Virus record (IMG/VR): IMGVR_UViG_3300021255_002694
DNA length: 64,000 nt
Source: a virus
Lineage: Duplodnaviria > Caudoviricetes
Strand: one strand, 5' to 3'
In this document: one piece after another, positions 28,083 through 38,061 of the stretch
Layout of the letters: each line of letters begins with the position of its first letter
Position numbering within the stretch: position 1 is the stretch's first letter
Notes under the pieces: model-generated
Told to the model about the DNA's origin: nothing
The model's database searches: none
The model's input: the letters and a program-made list of their open reading frames with translations, nothing else
Made by a program: the position numbers and the translations under genes

Positions 28083-28628
28083 ATGTTTAAAGAAGTGCTT
28101 GATTTTCTGTCTTTTGACTATAAGTTTGACACGAAGTCATATGGGTTTCCGTTCAATAAGAACAGAGAAGATGTTACATTTTCTTGGGGACAGTTGTGCA
28201 TTCCTAAGTACGGGATTCGTGAAGTTGTAACAAATAAAATTTCAGATATTGATGAACTACCAATTAAAGACCTAAAAATGCTTTATCAGATTCCGTTTGT
28301 ATGGCAGAAACCAAATGATGAACCGCATTTTGGAATTGTAAACGAAAACATTAGTTTGACGTTCAGGTATGATAAAACATATAAGTACGGAGACATTACA
28401 AAGTCTATCTACGAATGCTGTTTCTTCATTGTAGATCGAGCAAAAGAAACTAATGATTTTTACATCCTAGATGATGAAGCCTTGATGCAGTTTATGAGAG
28501 AATATGTGATTCCAAATCAATGGGGACTTGGTTCTACTTTGACCACAAGTGGTCTTAGAGAGAAATATGGATATACAGTAGAAGATGTGTCATCTGACGG
28601 AGAGTGTGTTTGTGAGGCAGTTCCATGA
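28083..28628 (+). CDS. hypothetical protein
   Basis: GGAGG SD. Confidence 0.75.
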   Translation: MFKEVLDFLSFDYKFDTKSYGFPFNKNREDVTFSWGQLCIPKYGIREVVTNKISDIDELPIKDLKMLYQIPFVWQKPNDEPHFGIVNENISLTFRYDKTYKYGDITKSIYECCFFIVDRAKETNDFYILDDEALMQFMREYVIPNQWGLGSTLTTSGLREKYGYTVEDVSSDGECVCEAVP

Positions 28629-29230
28629 GACTAGAGAAGTTTAACGAAGATAAATTTAATCAAAATAACATTTTATTTATCACAGGAATTAGTGGATCAG
28701 GAAAGTCAACACTTGCATACGATATTGCAGATAAGATTGACGCTGATGTTATTTCTCTTGATTTCTACTATGATAACCTTGATTTTCATGAAAATGCAGA
28801 CCTCATGTGCGATAGATTTAACAAATATCTTGAAGAACATTTGCCTGAAATTTTTGATATTGAAGATAACTTTGAATACTACGAGGAAGAACGATTCCAT
28901 GCAGATGATGGATCAGAAGCCGGAATTTTTTACTGGAAAGTAATGGATAGGTTTTCTGAACTAATCAAGGATTTCGCTAAACAAAATCCGTTGCCTGTAG
29001 TTGTAGAAGGATTGCAGATATATGATTCAACAATCCCGAACAACTTAGAATACTTTAAGGATCAGGCTTTATATGTCATTTATCATGATGTTGAGAAATG
29101 TGCAAAGAGAATCATTGATCGTGATGATTTAACTGTAAGCATAGATGATATTATTCGCAAGCTGACTCATCAAAGCAACATCTTAGATCGGTTTATCAAC
29201 AGACTTAAAAACAAGATCAAAGGAGAATAA
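28625..29230 (+). CDS. P-loop nucleoside/nucleotide kinase-like protein
   Basis: ITGISGSGKST, ISLD, VVVEG, RIIDRD lid. Confidence 0.75.
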   Translation: MRLEKFNEDKFNQNNILFITGISGSGKSTLAYDIADKIDADVISLDFYYDNLDFHENADLMCDRFNKYLEEHLPEIFDIEDNFEYYEEERFHADDGSEAGIFYWKVMDRFSELIKDFAKQNPLPVVVEGLQIYDSTIPNNLEYFKDQALYVIYHDVEKCAKRIIDRDDLTVSIDDIIRKLTHQSNILDRFINRLKNKIKGE

Positions 29231-29232
29231 TT

Positions 29233-29712
29233 ATGATTATTGAGAAGAATTTTGATATGAAAATTAAGATTGATACTGATATTGTATCTAAGTATTTGAA
29301 TGAGTTGCCAAATATTCTTAATTCTGCAAAAGAAGTTGATAATCTGATTGAAAAGTGTGATCCGACAGCGTTACAATATTTTGTTGGAATCTATATGAAG
29401 AAATTAAAATCAGATGATCCTGATGCATTTAACCGTTTCATTGGTGTTAAAAGTGCAAATAACAAAGTGTCTGAAAGTATTAAAGAGTCTAAGGATGATC
29501 AGCCGTTCAAGGTTGGAGATTGGTTATTTATTAAGGGAAGTGATCTGTTCGGATATGGTTTAATGTACAGTAAGTATCTTGTTGAAAGAATTGAGTCTGA
29601 TTATGTTGTTTTGCGTGATGGAGCATTTGCAAGATTTGCAAGAAAATATGTGCGTAAAGATGTAGAAGATGCTGTAAAGCGCGGAAAAATTTATGTTTCG
29701 CGCACTGCTTAA
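29233..29712 (+). CDS. hypothetical protein with internal VSE|SIKE|S site
   Basis: AAGGAG SD; candidate member of tagged family. Confidence 0.6.
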   Translation: MIIEKNFDMKIKIDTDIVSKYLNELPNILNSAKEVDNLIEKCDPTALQYFVGIYMKKLKSDDPDAFNRFIGVKSANNKVSESIKESKDDQPFKVGDWLFIKGSDLFGYGLMYSKYLVERIESDYVVLRDGAFARFARKYVRKDVEDAVKRGKIYVSRTA

Positions 29713-29730
29713 AGATAAAGAGGTATACAG

Positions 29731-29940
29731 ATGACAAAATTACATAAGTTTGAGTGTACGCTGTGCATTGCAATAGAACTTGTAACTGCAACAATTTGTT
29801 GCATCAATGCTTTATCAAGTGATGACTGGTTGAAAATTACTCTTTTAGTTGTTCTAGCCTTGATCATATTTTATTCTGCAATCAATGGTGTTTTTTACAT
29901 GGTAAAGAAAACAATTCTTGATTCTGTTTCAGAGGATTGA
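29731..29940 (+). CDS. small membrane protein
   Basis: Two hydrophobic segments. Confidence 0.7.
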   Translation: MTKLHKFECTLCIAIELVTATICCINALSSDDWLKITLLVVLALIIFYSAINGVFYMVKKTILDSVSED

Positions 29941-29954
29941 TCTTGTCATTATAT

Positions 29955-29990
29955 ACAAAAATCATCGTGAATATTTGTGATGATTTTTGT
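29955..29990 (+). terminator. intrinsic terminator
   Basis: ACAAAAATCATCG/TGATGATTTTTGT. Confidence 0.7.
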
Positions 29991-30011
29991 GTTATATTTT
30001 TCAAAAACCTC

Positions 30012-30050
30012 TTGACAAACCAGTACAAATATGGTATACTATATTTGTAA
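30012..30050 (+). promoter_or_regulatory. sigmaA-type early promoter with palindromic -10
   Basis: TTGACA-N17-TATACT; TACAAATAT-GGTATACT-ATATTTGTA. Confidence 0.85.
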
Positions 30051-30087
30051 GGTAAGAGATAACCTGATTGAGAGTGAGGTTTTTGAT

Positions 30088-31368
30088 ATGAAGTATGTTA
30101 CAACTAAGGTCAGATTTGAAGAAATGGAAAAAGCACTTGCAAGAGTGTTTAAGAAGATGGATAAGATCGGTGCAACATACACATTTGAAAAACTCAATGA
30201 GTTTGTTCGTAATGTTCCGGTTTATAATGTAGATCACTATGAAAAGATCAAGTACGCTCGTCCGGCAGAGTTTGTCCGAGTTGAGTGTGTTGAATTTGAA
30301 CTTGACTTTGATACATACATTGTCGGTGATTACAGAGTTGGTGCAGTAGTCGAGAGAGTTGACGGCAATGAGAATCTTGTCTATGCTCTTGATGAAGCAG
30401 TCGATTTCAATGATTATGTTCACGCTGAACTCCGCTGTGATCACTGCAACAGAAAGCATACTCGCAATAAGACCATTGTTCTGATTGACAACAATACCGG
30501 AAATCAGGTAATGGTCGGTAAGGGTTGCCTGAACGAGTTTGTAGGTATCGGTGTTGAAAACTTTGCAAAGTACATTGAGGATGTTCAGGAATACATCAAT
30601 GAACTCGAAGATAGTCCTGTTCTCTATGGTGGTTGGACATATCATCCTTGCATCGAGCCGAAAACATATCTTGCGGCTTGCATCGAGATCATTGCAGATC
30701 GTGGATATTATAAAGAGTTGAAGTATGATGCTATTGACTGGATGAAGAAGAATACTCCGGCAGAGAAAAATCTTGCAGAAGCAGAAACAGTAATCAAGTA
30801 TTTTAAGAACCTTGATCCAACAGATGATTTTGACAACAATGCAAAAATCTATCTGACAGAGAAGAAAGCAACAACCAAAGCAAACGGATATATCGCATAC
30901 GCATACATCCGCTACTGCAAACTGGTTGAAAGAGAAATCGAGATTGCTAAGAGAGCAGAGGACAGAAAGAAGTCTCAGCATGTTGGCAATGTCGGTGATA
31001 AGATTACTGTTACTGGAAAGCCGTCTGTTGTAACATCTTGGCAGACTCAGTGGGGATATACCACGATCTATAAGATTGTTGATACTAATGGTAATGTCTA
31101 TATCTGGAAAACAAGCAATGATCTGGAAGCCTATGAGGAAGATGGTACTTGGGTTCCGGCTAATGACATGGAAGAAGTTACCGTTAAGGCAACAATTAAG
31201 GAACACAATGAGTACAATGGTGAGAAGCAGACTGTCATTACTCGTTGCAAGGTTATCGGATTTAAGAAGGTTGAGCCTGAAAAGACTGAAACCGCTGAGA
31301 ACAATGTAGAAGATGTTACAGATTGTTTTGATTCCATTGCAGAACTTATGAATGTGTGGGATGCATAA
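30088..31368 (+). CDS. zinc-binding protein with C-terminal OB-fold-like domain
   Basis: CDHC...VGKGC; HVGNVGD...KATIKEHNEYNGEKQT; acidic tail. Confidence 0.7.
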   Translation: MKYVTTKVRFEEMEKALARVFKKMDKIGATYTFEKLNEFVRNVPVYNVDHYEKIKYARPAEFVRVECVEFELDFDTYIVGDYRVGAVVERVDGNENLVYALDEAVDFNDYVHAELRCDHCNRKHTRNKTIVLIDNNTGNQVMVGKGCLNEFVGIGVENFAKYIEDVQEYINELEDSPVLYGGWTYHPCIEPKTYLAACIEIIADRGYYKELKYDAIDWMKKNTPAEKNLAEAETVIKYFKNLDPTDDFDNNAKIYLTEKKATTKANGYIAYAYIRYCKLVEREIEIAKRAEDRKKSQHVGNVGDKITVTGKPSVVTSWQTQWGYTTIYKIVDTNGNVYIWKTSNDLEAYEEDGTWVPANDMEEVTVKATIKEHNEYNGEKQTVITRCKVIGFKKVEPEKTETAENNVEDVTDCFDSIAELMNVWDA

Positions 31369-31389
31369 AAACATCCCACACAGAATACT

Positions 31390-31477
31390 GGCGGATGACA
31401 TAATCAAAGCATTTTGTTCTTTTCCACTATAGGGGGTTATCCACAGTGTGTTCGGGGTTCGAGTCCATGTTCGCCCA
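31390..31477 (+). ncRNA. degenerate tRNA-like element
   Basis: GGCGGAT/GTTCGCC acceptor-like stem, GGTTCGAGTCC T-loop; no proper D or anticodon arm. Confidence 0.35.
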
Positions 31478-31711
31478 TCAGATCAAACATCACGGCTGTT
31501 GATATTAGGGTTGAAATAATGATAAGGTGGCTACGGTTTGTGGATAGGTAGTTGAAAGAACTCCCAAACCGCCCGATGTGTGATTAAATCGTTAGAGTTG
31601 CACATCTTAAATAGTCTTAACTCAAATCGAATCGCCTAATGTGATGCCTAGAAAATAAAACAGGGAATATCTAGGTTTATTTGATCTAAACTTATATTGG
31701 AGGTAATAAAA

Positions 31712-32158
31712 ATGAAAGTTGTAACTAAAAAGATGTTTGATCGTTGGATCACCGATCTCTATGAATCCTGGTTAAACAGGGATATGAAAATCTATAAGAA
31801 CCTTGAATATCATACGGTTGACGCTAACACTGTATACATCATCAACAAGAAAACTGGAAAAACTGCTTATGCTCATGCACATCCTAATGATGTACCGTCC
31901 GTTACTGCTGGAATTGCCGTTGCGTGGGCAAGATACCGCAATATGGAAATCCCAAAGATCGGCAGACTTGTAACAGATGAATCTGATATCTTTGACTTGA
32001 AGTGGTGTGATCGCATTGTATTCGGTGGTAAGGAATACATCTTCAAGTCGCGTAATGTCGGTGTTGCATTTCTGTGGGATGTAAGCGCACATAGAGAGGT
32101 CTATATTGATCTTATCAAAGTGTTTACAGAAGGAACAAAAATCTATGTTTTAGAATGA
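31712..32158 (+). CDS. hypothetical protein
   Basis: GGAGG SD; TGK.A.A..HP.D....GIAVAWARY pattern. Confidence 0.75.
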   Translation: MKVVTKKMFDRWITDLYESWLNRDMKIYKNLEYHTVDANTVYIINKKTGKTAYAHAHPNDVPSVTAGIAVAWARYRNMEIPKIGRLVTDESDIFDLKWCDRIVFGGKEYIFKSRNVGVAFLWDVSAHREVYIDLIKVFTEGTKIYVLE

Positions 32159-32186
32159 TCTAAAAATAAACAATAAATAAAAATAT

Positions 32187-32237
32187 AATCGCAAGATTTT
32201 TGAACTATACTTATGTAGTTCAATCTTGCGATTTTTC
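32187..32237 (+). promoter_or_regulatory. putative late promoter inside terminator hairpin
   Basis: AATCGCAAGATT..GAACTATA/TGTAGTTC..AATCTTGCGATT plus T-run. Confidence 0.6.
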
Positions 32238-32265
32238 TTATTCCATGATTTTTGAGGTGATATTT

Positions 32266-33366
32266 ATGGCAGATATTCCAGTTATATACATATTGTCAAG
32301 AAATAATTACAATAATTTCGGTGATGAAAACTACGGTAACAACATATTTTTCGTTAGAGAGAATTCAGAAAATTTAGATGATATGATCTCTCTATATGTT
32401 GGAAAAGCAAAGCAATCAGATGTTGTTATAGTAAATGGACAAAGTGTTTGGAATAATGTAACAAATACTGTTAATATTGGAACAGGCGGCGTACCAGAAG
32501 ATTATAAAGTAGATGGAAAACTAATACTTGCACAGAGAACAATAAACGATAAGACATTCTACAATGCTCTAACATACAATGCAAGTGTTGGTACATTTGT
32601 TGATTGCGGAATTCCAAATAATGTTGTATTAGTTGATGAAAATTGGTCAACATCCGATATACTAGACGGAGTAAAAGACTTCTTCTATATTCAACCAAGT
32701 ACACATTCTATTTATGTTTTTAATGGATCAGCGTATGATCCGGTTATAACATCTACAATGTTTATAACTAGAGAAGAAGCAGAGACAAGATTTGTAACAA
32801 ATGATAAGATGCCGACTGTTGACGGAATAACACTTAAATCAAGAGATGTTTCACAGCAAGGGGTTACTCACAGTGAATTTTACGGACCTATAAACATGCA
32901 GACAGGTCAAATTACGCTGTATAATAGTAGTGATGAAGCTGTTTCTGGAAATGTTATATCCGGAACTGATGTTCCACTTGCAACAGTTGTGACACCTAAT
33001 TTAACAGCTTCCGGATTAGTTACATATGATCAGCTACCTAGGAATGGTGGTGAAATCAGAATAACTAATGCTATTGGAACAAATCAAAACGGCGCTATCG
33101 GCGTAACAGATGTCTCTAAAATGGATAAGTCTGATGGAACGGTTGTTTCAAGATCATCAGATTATTTGTCAACAATAATATTTAAAAAATCCAGTAATCT
33201 TAACGATGTTACAAAAGTAATGCCGAACTTTAGTTTGACAGGTGACAATAAAGTATATCTAATGAATCCGGATATTGATATATCAAGTTATACAGTTATT
33301 CATTTGATGCTTTATTATGATGGTTTCCATATGTGTGCGATTGTTACAGGATATCAGGAAACGTAA
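32266..33366 (+). CDS. putative virion structural protein
   Basis: G/T/N/V-rich beta composition; behind late-type motif. Confidence 0.55.
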   Translation: MADIPVIYILSRNNYNNFGDENYGNNIFFVRENSENLDDMISLYVGKAKQSDVVIVNGQSVWNNVTNTVNIGTGGVPEDYKVDGKLILAQRTINDKTFYNALTYNASVGTFVDCGIPNNVVLVDENWSTSDILDGVKDFFYIQPSTHSIYVFNGSAYDPVITSTMFITREEAETRFVTNDKMPTVDGITLKSRDVSQQGVTHSEFYGPINMQTGQITLYNSSDEAVSGNVISGTDVPLATVVTPNLTASGLVTYDQLPRNGGEIRITNAIGTNQNGAIGVTDVSKMDKSDGTVVSRSSDYLSTIIFKKSSNLNDVTKVMPNFSLTGDNKVYLMNPDIDISSYTVIHLMLYYDGFHMCAIVTGYQET

Positions 33367-33381
33367 AACTGAGGTGATCTT

Positions 33382-33633
33382 ATGAATTATAGACAAAGAC
33401 AACTACGCAAATTTTACATGGCTTTTACAGTTCCACAAGTAATTGAGTTTTTATGGTATACAAATGGCAACTCAACACAAACTACTTTAAGATATTATGG
33501 CTCTGGAACATCAGTTAGGATACCTCAAAAACTTGATGATGTTAATGTTACACAACTAGAATGCACAACATTTTACGGTAACACAACACTAACAAGTGTT
33601 ACAATACCGGATGGCATTACAAAAATTAACTGA
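33382..33633 (+). CDS. small protein with BspA-type leucine-rich repeat fragment
   Basis: YYGSGTSVRIP...FYGNTTLTSVTIPDGITKI. Confidence 0.7.
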   Translation: MNYRQRQLRKFYMAFTVPQVIEFLWYTNGNSTQTTLRYYGSGTSVRIPQKLDDVNVTQLECTTFYGNTTLTSVTIPDGITKIN

Positions 33634-33654
33634 TTTTAATAATATTGGTTACTA

Positions 33655-33683
33655 TTGACTTTTATCACAAATCTTGATATACT
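33655..33683 (+). promoter_or_regulatory. sigmaA-type promoter
   Basis: TTGACT-N17-TATACT with TG extension. Confidence 0.7.
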
Positions 33684-33733
33684 GTAAATGGATATTCATT
33701 ATCCAGAGTATTTTTATGGAGGCGATCTACACT

Positions 33734-34384
33734 ATGGAATTTGCAAGCATTATACCGTCACAGAACGATGAAAGAATTTTATATCTTTCAGCCGATGTTG
33801 GAAGCGAATCTGTTTCCGATATTTGTAAACAGATTCTACAGATCAATGAAACTGACCGCAAAGGTGTTGAGAAGTTTAAGAAATATGCAATCATGCCGAT
33901 TGAACTTCACGTTCAGTCTTTCGGCGGAAGTGTGTATGATATGTGGGCTTTGATTGATATTATTGAATCAAGCAATACTCCAATCATTACATATTGCAAT
34001 GGATATTGTATGTCTGCTGCTGCACTTATATTCCTATCCGGTCACATTCGCTGTATGTATAAGCACTCTACAATCATGTTACATCAGATGTGGACTATGG
34101 ACATGGGAAAGGTTAAAGATATTCAGCTTGCACAGAAGCAAACTGATGATCTCCATAAGCAGATGATCAAGTTTATCAAGAAACATACTAAATTGAAAAA
34201 GAAGTTTTTTGATCGGTATGATAAAGGCAAGGAAGATGTTTACTTTGATGCAAAGCAGTCACTAAAGCATGGAATTTGCGATCAGATTGTTGAGAACACT
34301 GATTGGAGAAACATGCTACTTGATCAGCTAAATTCTGAAACACAGATGGCTGTTGAATGTTCGGAGGATTTGCTGGATGATTAA
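33734..34384 (+). CDS. clpP: ClpP-like serine protease
   Basis: SFGGSV, CMSAA (Ser), MLHQ (His), DVYF (Asp), GICD. Confidence 0.88.
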   Translation: MEFASIIPSQNDERILYLSADVGSESVSDICKQILQINETDRKGVEKFKKYAIMPIELHVQSFGGSVYDMWALIDIIESSNTPIITYCNGYCMSAAALIFLSGHIRCMYKHSTIMLHQMWTMDMGKVKDIQLAQKQTDDLHKQMIKFIKKHTKLKKKFFDRYDKGKEDVYFDAKQSLKHGICDQIVENTDWRNMLLDQLNSETQMAVECSEDLLDD

Positions 34385-34625
34385 GCAAGATAGTATAGAA
34401 ACAGTTAGTAAAGAAAAATATTATGTTGCAAAATATTTCTTGAATGGATTTGAAGCTGTGTTACTTTTTCACGGCGAGCGTGATCTTGTTGCACAGTACA
34501 TAGCATCTACACTTGGAGATCAGGTAATGTGTAGAGAAATATCTGATGAACTTGCAACAAACCTATTTAATATTGGATTTAAGGTATACATGGTTCCAAA
34601 CAATAAGCAGTTCACAACTGAATAA
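34377..34625 (+). CDS. hypothetical protein
   Basis: GGAGG SD. Confidence 0.65.
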   Translation: MIKQDSIETVSKEKYYVAKYFLNGFEAVLLFHGERDLVAQYIASTLGDQVMCREISDELATNLFNIGFKVYMVPNNKQFTTE

Positions 34626-34630
34626 AAAAT

Positions 34631-34700
34631 AAGGGGTTTTCTGAAAATATTTTGGAAAACCCCTTGACATTTATGAATAAATATGATATACTATAATTAC
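34631..34700 (+). promoter_or_regulatory. hairpin overlapping sigmaA early promoter
   Basis: AAGGGGTTTTC/GAAAACCCCTT; TTGACA 34664-N17-TATACT. Confidence 0.8.
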
Positions 34701-34733
34701 ACAAGATAAATTCAGTAATGTGAGGTAAGAATT

Positions 34734-34976
34734 ATGGTCAATAGAGTATTTGGAAATTTTTACAGGATCAGCAGAACAAAGGCAAGAACTGCTTTTAACT
34801 CCGGTGAATGCATATTTGTTTCTCCGTGCAATTTAAGACCTGATTCTATGTTTGGAACAGTGTGTCAGATTCCTGAAACCGAAAACTTTGATACATTTGT
34901 AGATCGGTTTACTGTCTATAACTGCACATGCACCGAGACAGGAAGATATGCTTCGTTCTGGATTGTGGTGAAATAA
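34734..34976 (+). CDS. hypothetical protein
   Basis: GAGG SD. Confidence 0.75.
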   Translation: MVNRVFGNFYRISRTKARTAFNSGECIFVSPCNLRPDSMFGTVCQIPETENFDTFVDRFTVYNCTCTETGRYASFWIVVK

Positions 34977-34977
34977 C

Positions 34978-35391
34978 ATGACAAATAAAATGCTCAATAG
35001 GCTTGCAAGAATGTATGATTACATATATACAGATAAGCCGTATAAACACACAAAAACAGTGTCTTTTCTTATTTATCGTGGAAAAGTTGTAAATTTCGGC
35101 ATCAATTCGGATAAAACATCTCCGATGCAGAATAAGTATAGACTTAGAACAGAGTTGAAATTTATTGAAAACTTTGTTGACAAGGAACATTCAGAGGTTA
35201 ATTGTTTGCGTAAAACCGATGAATCAATTAACTTTGAAAAATGTGAACTTGTTATCATATCTAAGAAACACGATGGCGAATTTAGACTTGCCAGACCTTG
35301 TGCCGTATGCATGTCTGCAATTAAAGATTACGGCATTCATGATATTTATTATTCTAATAAAAATGGAACTTTTACTTATGAGAGGGTTTAA
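34978..35391 (+). CDS. zinc-dependent cytidine/dCMP deaminase-fold protein
   Basis: HSE and ARPCAVC motifs. Confidence 0.82.
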   Translation: MTNKMLNRLARMYDYIYTDKPYKHTKTVSFLIYRGKVVNFGINSDKTSPMQNKYRLRTELKFIENFVDKEHSEVNCLRKTDESINFEKCELVIISKKHDGEFRLARPCAVCMSAIKDYGIHDIYYSNKNGTFTYERV

Positions 35392-35394
35392 TAT

Positions 35395-36045
35395 ATGTCA
35401 TATTATAGAGATGATACAGTTAAAATCATTGCTATTATTTCTTCCATTGCTGTAGTAGTTGCATTGATTATTACATTTATTTGTATGCCAGTCAAAGGAT
35501 ATATGGACGTTGAATCATATCACTGGAACTGGACTATTGATCTTTTTGAATATAGACAGGTTCATGAATCCGACTCCGTAAGCGATCATTACACAAGAAG
35601 CGGTGCAGAAGATGCTGCCAGAAGCCGTATACCAGATGATGCATACAATATTGATGTAAAAACATATCCTTATACTAAGACACATCACTATGAAGATCAG
35701 GATGGTCACAGATATACAACAACCGAAATACGATATAGGACAGAATATTCATATACAGTTGATCGCTGGGTAAAATACTCCGAGTTAAATTCGTATGGAA
35801 ATGACAAATCTCCTTATGAACCTGAATGTGATCTTCCGACAAATATTGAAAATCCTAGTCTGGGTGATAGAAAAAGACAGTACGGACATAGTGAGAAGTA
35901 TACAGCAACAGGCATTGTGGATGGAAATAAAACAACTGTGATTATCACAAAAGATATTTTTAACAGACTAACAGAGAATGATGAATTTGAATATAAGCGT
36001 CATAGGTGGAATGATGTAGCTTATGATGTTAAAATTGCCGAGTAA
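35395..36045 (+). CDS. membrane-anchored hypothetical protein
   Basis: N-terminal TM segment. Confidence 0.75.
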   Translation: MSYYRDDTVKIIAIISSIAVVVALIITFICMPVKGYMDVESYHWNWTIDLFEYRQVHESDSVSDHYTRSGAEDAARSRIPDDAYNIDVKTYPYTKTHHYEDQDGHRYTTTEIRYRTEYSYTVDRWVKYSELNSYGNDKSPYEPECDLPTNIENPSLGDRKRQYGHSEKYTATGIVDGNKTTVIITKDIFNRLTENDEFEYKRHRWNDVAYDVKIAE

Positions 36046-36094
36046 TAAGGAGAACTGAAATTGATACAATTATCAATGGTATGGAGGTTTAATT

Positions 36095-36970
36095 ATGGAA
36101 CTGAGTAATCCAATTAAATTAAAAAATGGATTAGAAATTGTAGATATCAGTGTTAATCATATATCTGATGTTGAGGAAGAAACATTAAACTATGTGGATG
36201 AAGAAGATAATCCGCTGTACGAAGATACAGAATTTTGTTCTGTGTGTCGTGATACTGTGTCTATGAGAATTAAGGATGATTCTTTTGATGATATGATATT
36301 TAAGTGCGAGTGTGACAGAATTGATCCCATTGAGCTACATGAATATCTACTTGTAGATCGGTCTGATTTAGATGTTATTGACTTTTGCCTTGATTTCGCA
36401 CGTAAATTTGGAAATCCGTCCGATAGAAGCAGAGAAGATAGTTTAATGTATGATAATATAGAAAAACATTCAGGGTGGTCATGCTATACACTTGAAGAAC
36501 CAATTAGATCGGCTGTGGTATCTTCAATACGTTGTCATCTTGTGAATGGATGGGTAGATATTATTGAGGTAGATTTTTCGGATAAGGATGCGATTAAAAT
36601 TTACCTTGATCTCGATAAATACAAAAAGGTCAGAGTTAATCCTGTAAGTTCGTTTACATTTATTGAGATAATTCTTTGTATGCTAGAACAAAGATGTTCG
36701 ATAGGTAAGGAAGAACTGCTGAAGAAGATTACAGATTATTTTGGATTTCTTGTGGATGTTGTTGATGTTCAAGGAAAATATATTGTGCAGTCATATCTTT
36801 CTAAGGTTGCTGAAAACTTGTCAATTTTCTATGTAAAACAGGAGAACAAACCACATACTAAGTTTATCCCAATGTACTTGAATACTCTTGTTGCAGACAT
36901 CAGCAGTATTTCCGCTTCGTTAAATGATATGAAAATTTTTCAAGATTTCAACATGGCGTTTGATTTCTGA
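36095..36970 (+). CDS. hypothetical protein, paralog of 37402
   Basis: FCLxFA.xF and GW.D.I.V.F...DL.KY shared. Confidence 0.75.
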   Translation: MELSNPIKLKNGLEIVDISVNHISDVEEETLNYVDEEDNPLYEDTEFCSVCRDTVSMRIKDDSFDDMIFKCECDRIDPIELHEYLLVDRSDLDVIDFCLDFARKFGNPSDRSREDSLMYDNIEKHSGWSCYTLEEPIRSAVVSSIRCHLVNGWVDIIEVDFSDKDAIKIYLDLDKYKKVRVNPVSSFTFIEIILCMLEQRCSIGKEELLKKITDYFGFLVDVVDVQGKYIVQSYLSKVAENLSIFYVKQENKPHTKFIPMYLNTLVADISSISASLNDMKIFQDFNMAFDF

Positions 36971-37000
36971 TGCCTTTGGATGTGAGTGAGGATGACGAAA

Positions 37001-37405
37001 ATGAAAGTTGATATTCAGTTAAAAGATACAAGATTGATTGAGATTGAAACAGATACTAGCTTTGATCTTACAAGAAATTCAAACTTGTACTACCCAGATA
37101 TTGAAAAAACATCTTATGTTGATTTCAGATTTGACAACGGTGATATTTTTTCCTCGAAGTTTTCAGGAATTGATATCCTAGAGTTGTTTGCATGGTTCTA
37201 TGACTATGATCTGTCTGCAAACACTCCAAGAGAGTTGTGTTTAAGTTGGATGCAGTATCACGCCGGAGATTTTGAAACGAATGGAAATACAATCATTGGA
37301 TGCTGGTTCAATGATGCTGACGGCAACCATATTGAATATGAGTACCATTACAATGACAGACATCTTGATACATCTAAAGTATATGAAAAGGAGAATCCAC
37401 AATGA
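37001..37405 (+). CDS. hypothetical protein
   Basis: GAGG SD. Confidence 0.7.
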   Translation: MKVDIQLKDTRLIEIETDTSFDLTRNSNLYYPDIEKTSYVDFRFDNGDIFSSKFSGIDILELFAWFYDYDLSANTPRELCLSWMQYHAGDFETNGNTIIGCWFNDADGNHIEYEYHYNDRHLDTSKVYEKENPQ

Positions 37406-38061
37406 CACCGAAACTGTATGATGCAGATATAACTAATATCAGAATCACAACAGAGTGTAGTGTTATTCCAGAGCCGTTTACTTGTGATTCTAGGTATGTT
37501 GATCTGAATAAAATCAAGACTCAGGTATATAATGATGTTACCATTGATTTTGCAGACGGATCATCTTTGTTTGTAAGGACTGATAAACCAATCAATCCAG
37601 ATGAGTACGCTGATTTTATGTTAAATAATTTTGAGTATACAACGAGATTCAAGTTTTGTTTGATGTTTGCCGCAAGATTCTCTGGTAGAAAATACGGTAG
37701 ATTACACATGTCAAATGATACTTTCAGATATTCATATTTTGGAAACAGACCGGAAAGCGTTTATATGGATATCTGTGTAGATTGTGGTGATGTTGTTCTT
37801 TCGAGAGTTAGATTCAGTTATACCGAAACTGGTTGGATTGATTCTATTACTGTCGTTTTTGACAACAATAAACAGATTGAAGTTAAAGTTGATCTTAGTA
37901 AATATGATACAGATGATCTTAGTTGCACCATAAATTTTTTCCGATATCTTGAAGTTATCTATGATTGTATTGGAGAAGTATTCCAAAACAGCACTGAAAA
38001 GATTTATGATGAACTTAAAGAAATGCTTAAATATTCTGCAAAGGAGATTGTGTTAAAATGA
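37402..38061 (+). CDS. hypothetical protein, paralog of 36095
   Basis: Shared motifs; AAGGAG SD. Confidence 0.75.
   Translation: MTPKLYDADITNIRITTECSVIPEPFTCDSRYVDLNKIKTQVYNDVTIDFADGSSLFVRTDKPINPDEYADFMLNNFEYTTRFKFCLMFAARFSGRKYGRLHMSNDTFRYSYFGNRPESVYMDICVDCGDVVLSRVRFSYTETGWIDSITVVFDNNKQIEVKVDLSKYDTDDLSCTINFFRYLEVIYDCIGEVFQNSTEKIYDELKEMLKYSAKEIVLK

Noticed and set aside
30001-31407. 468 aa minus-strand ORF and all other minus-strand ORFs in the track
   Set aside because: They are antisense shadows of + strand genes, with no SD or promoter support and atypical composition.
33734-34384. ClpP as the prohead protease that removes the tags
   Set aside because: It has a sigmaA-type promoter and no neighbouring capsid genes; Glu-specific cleavage is characteristic of gp21-type proteases. 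Not formally excluded.
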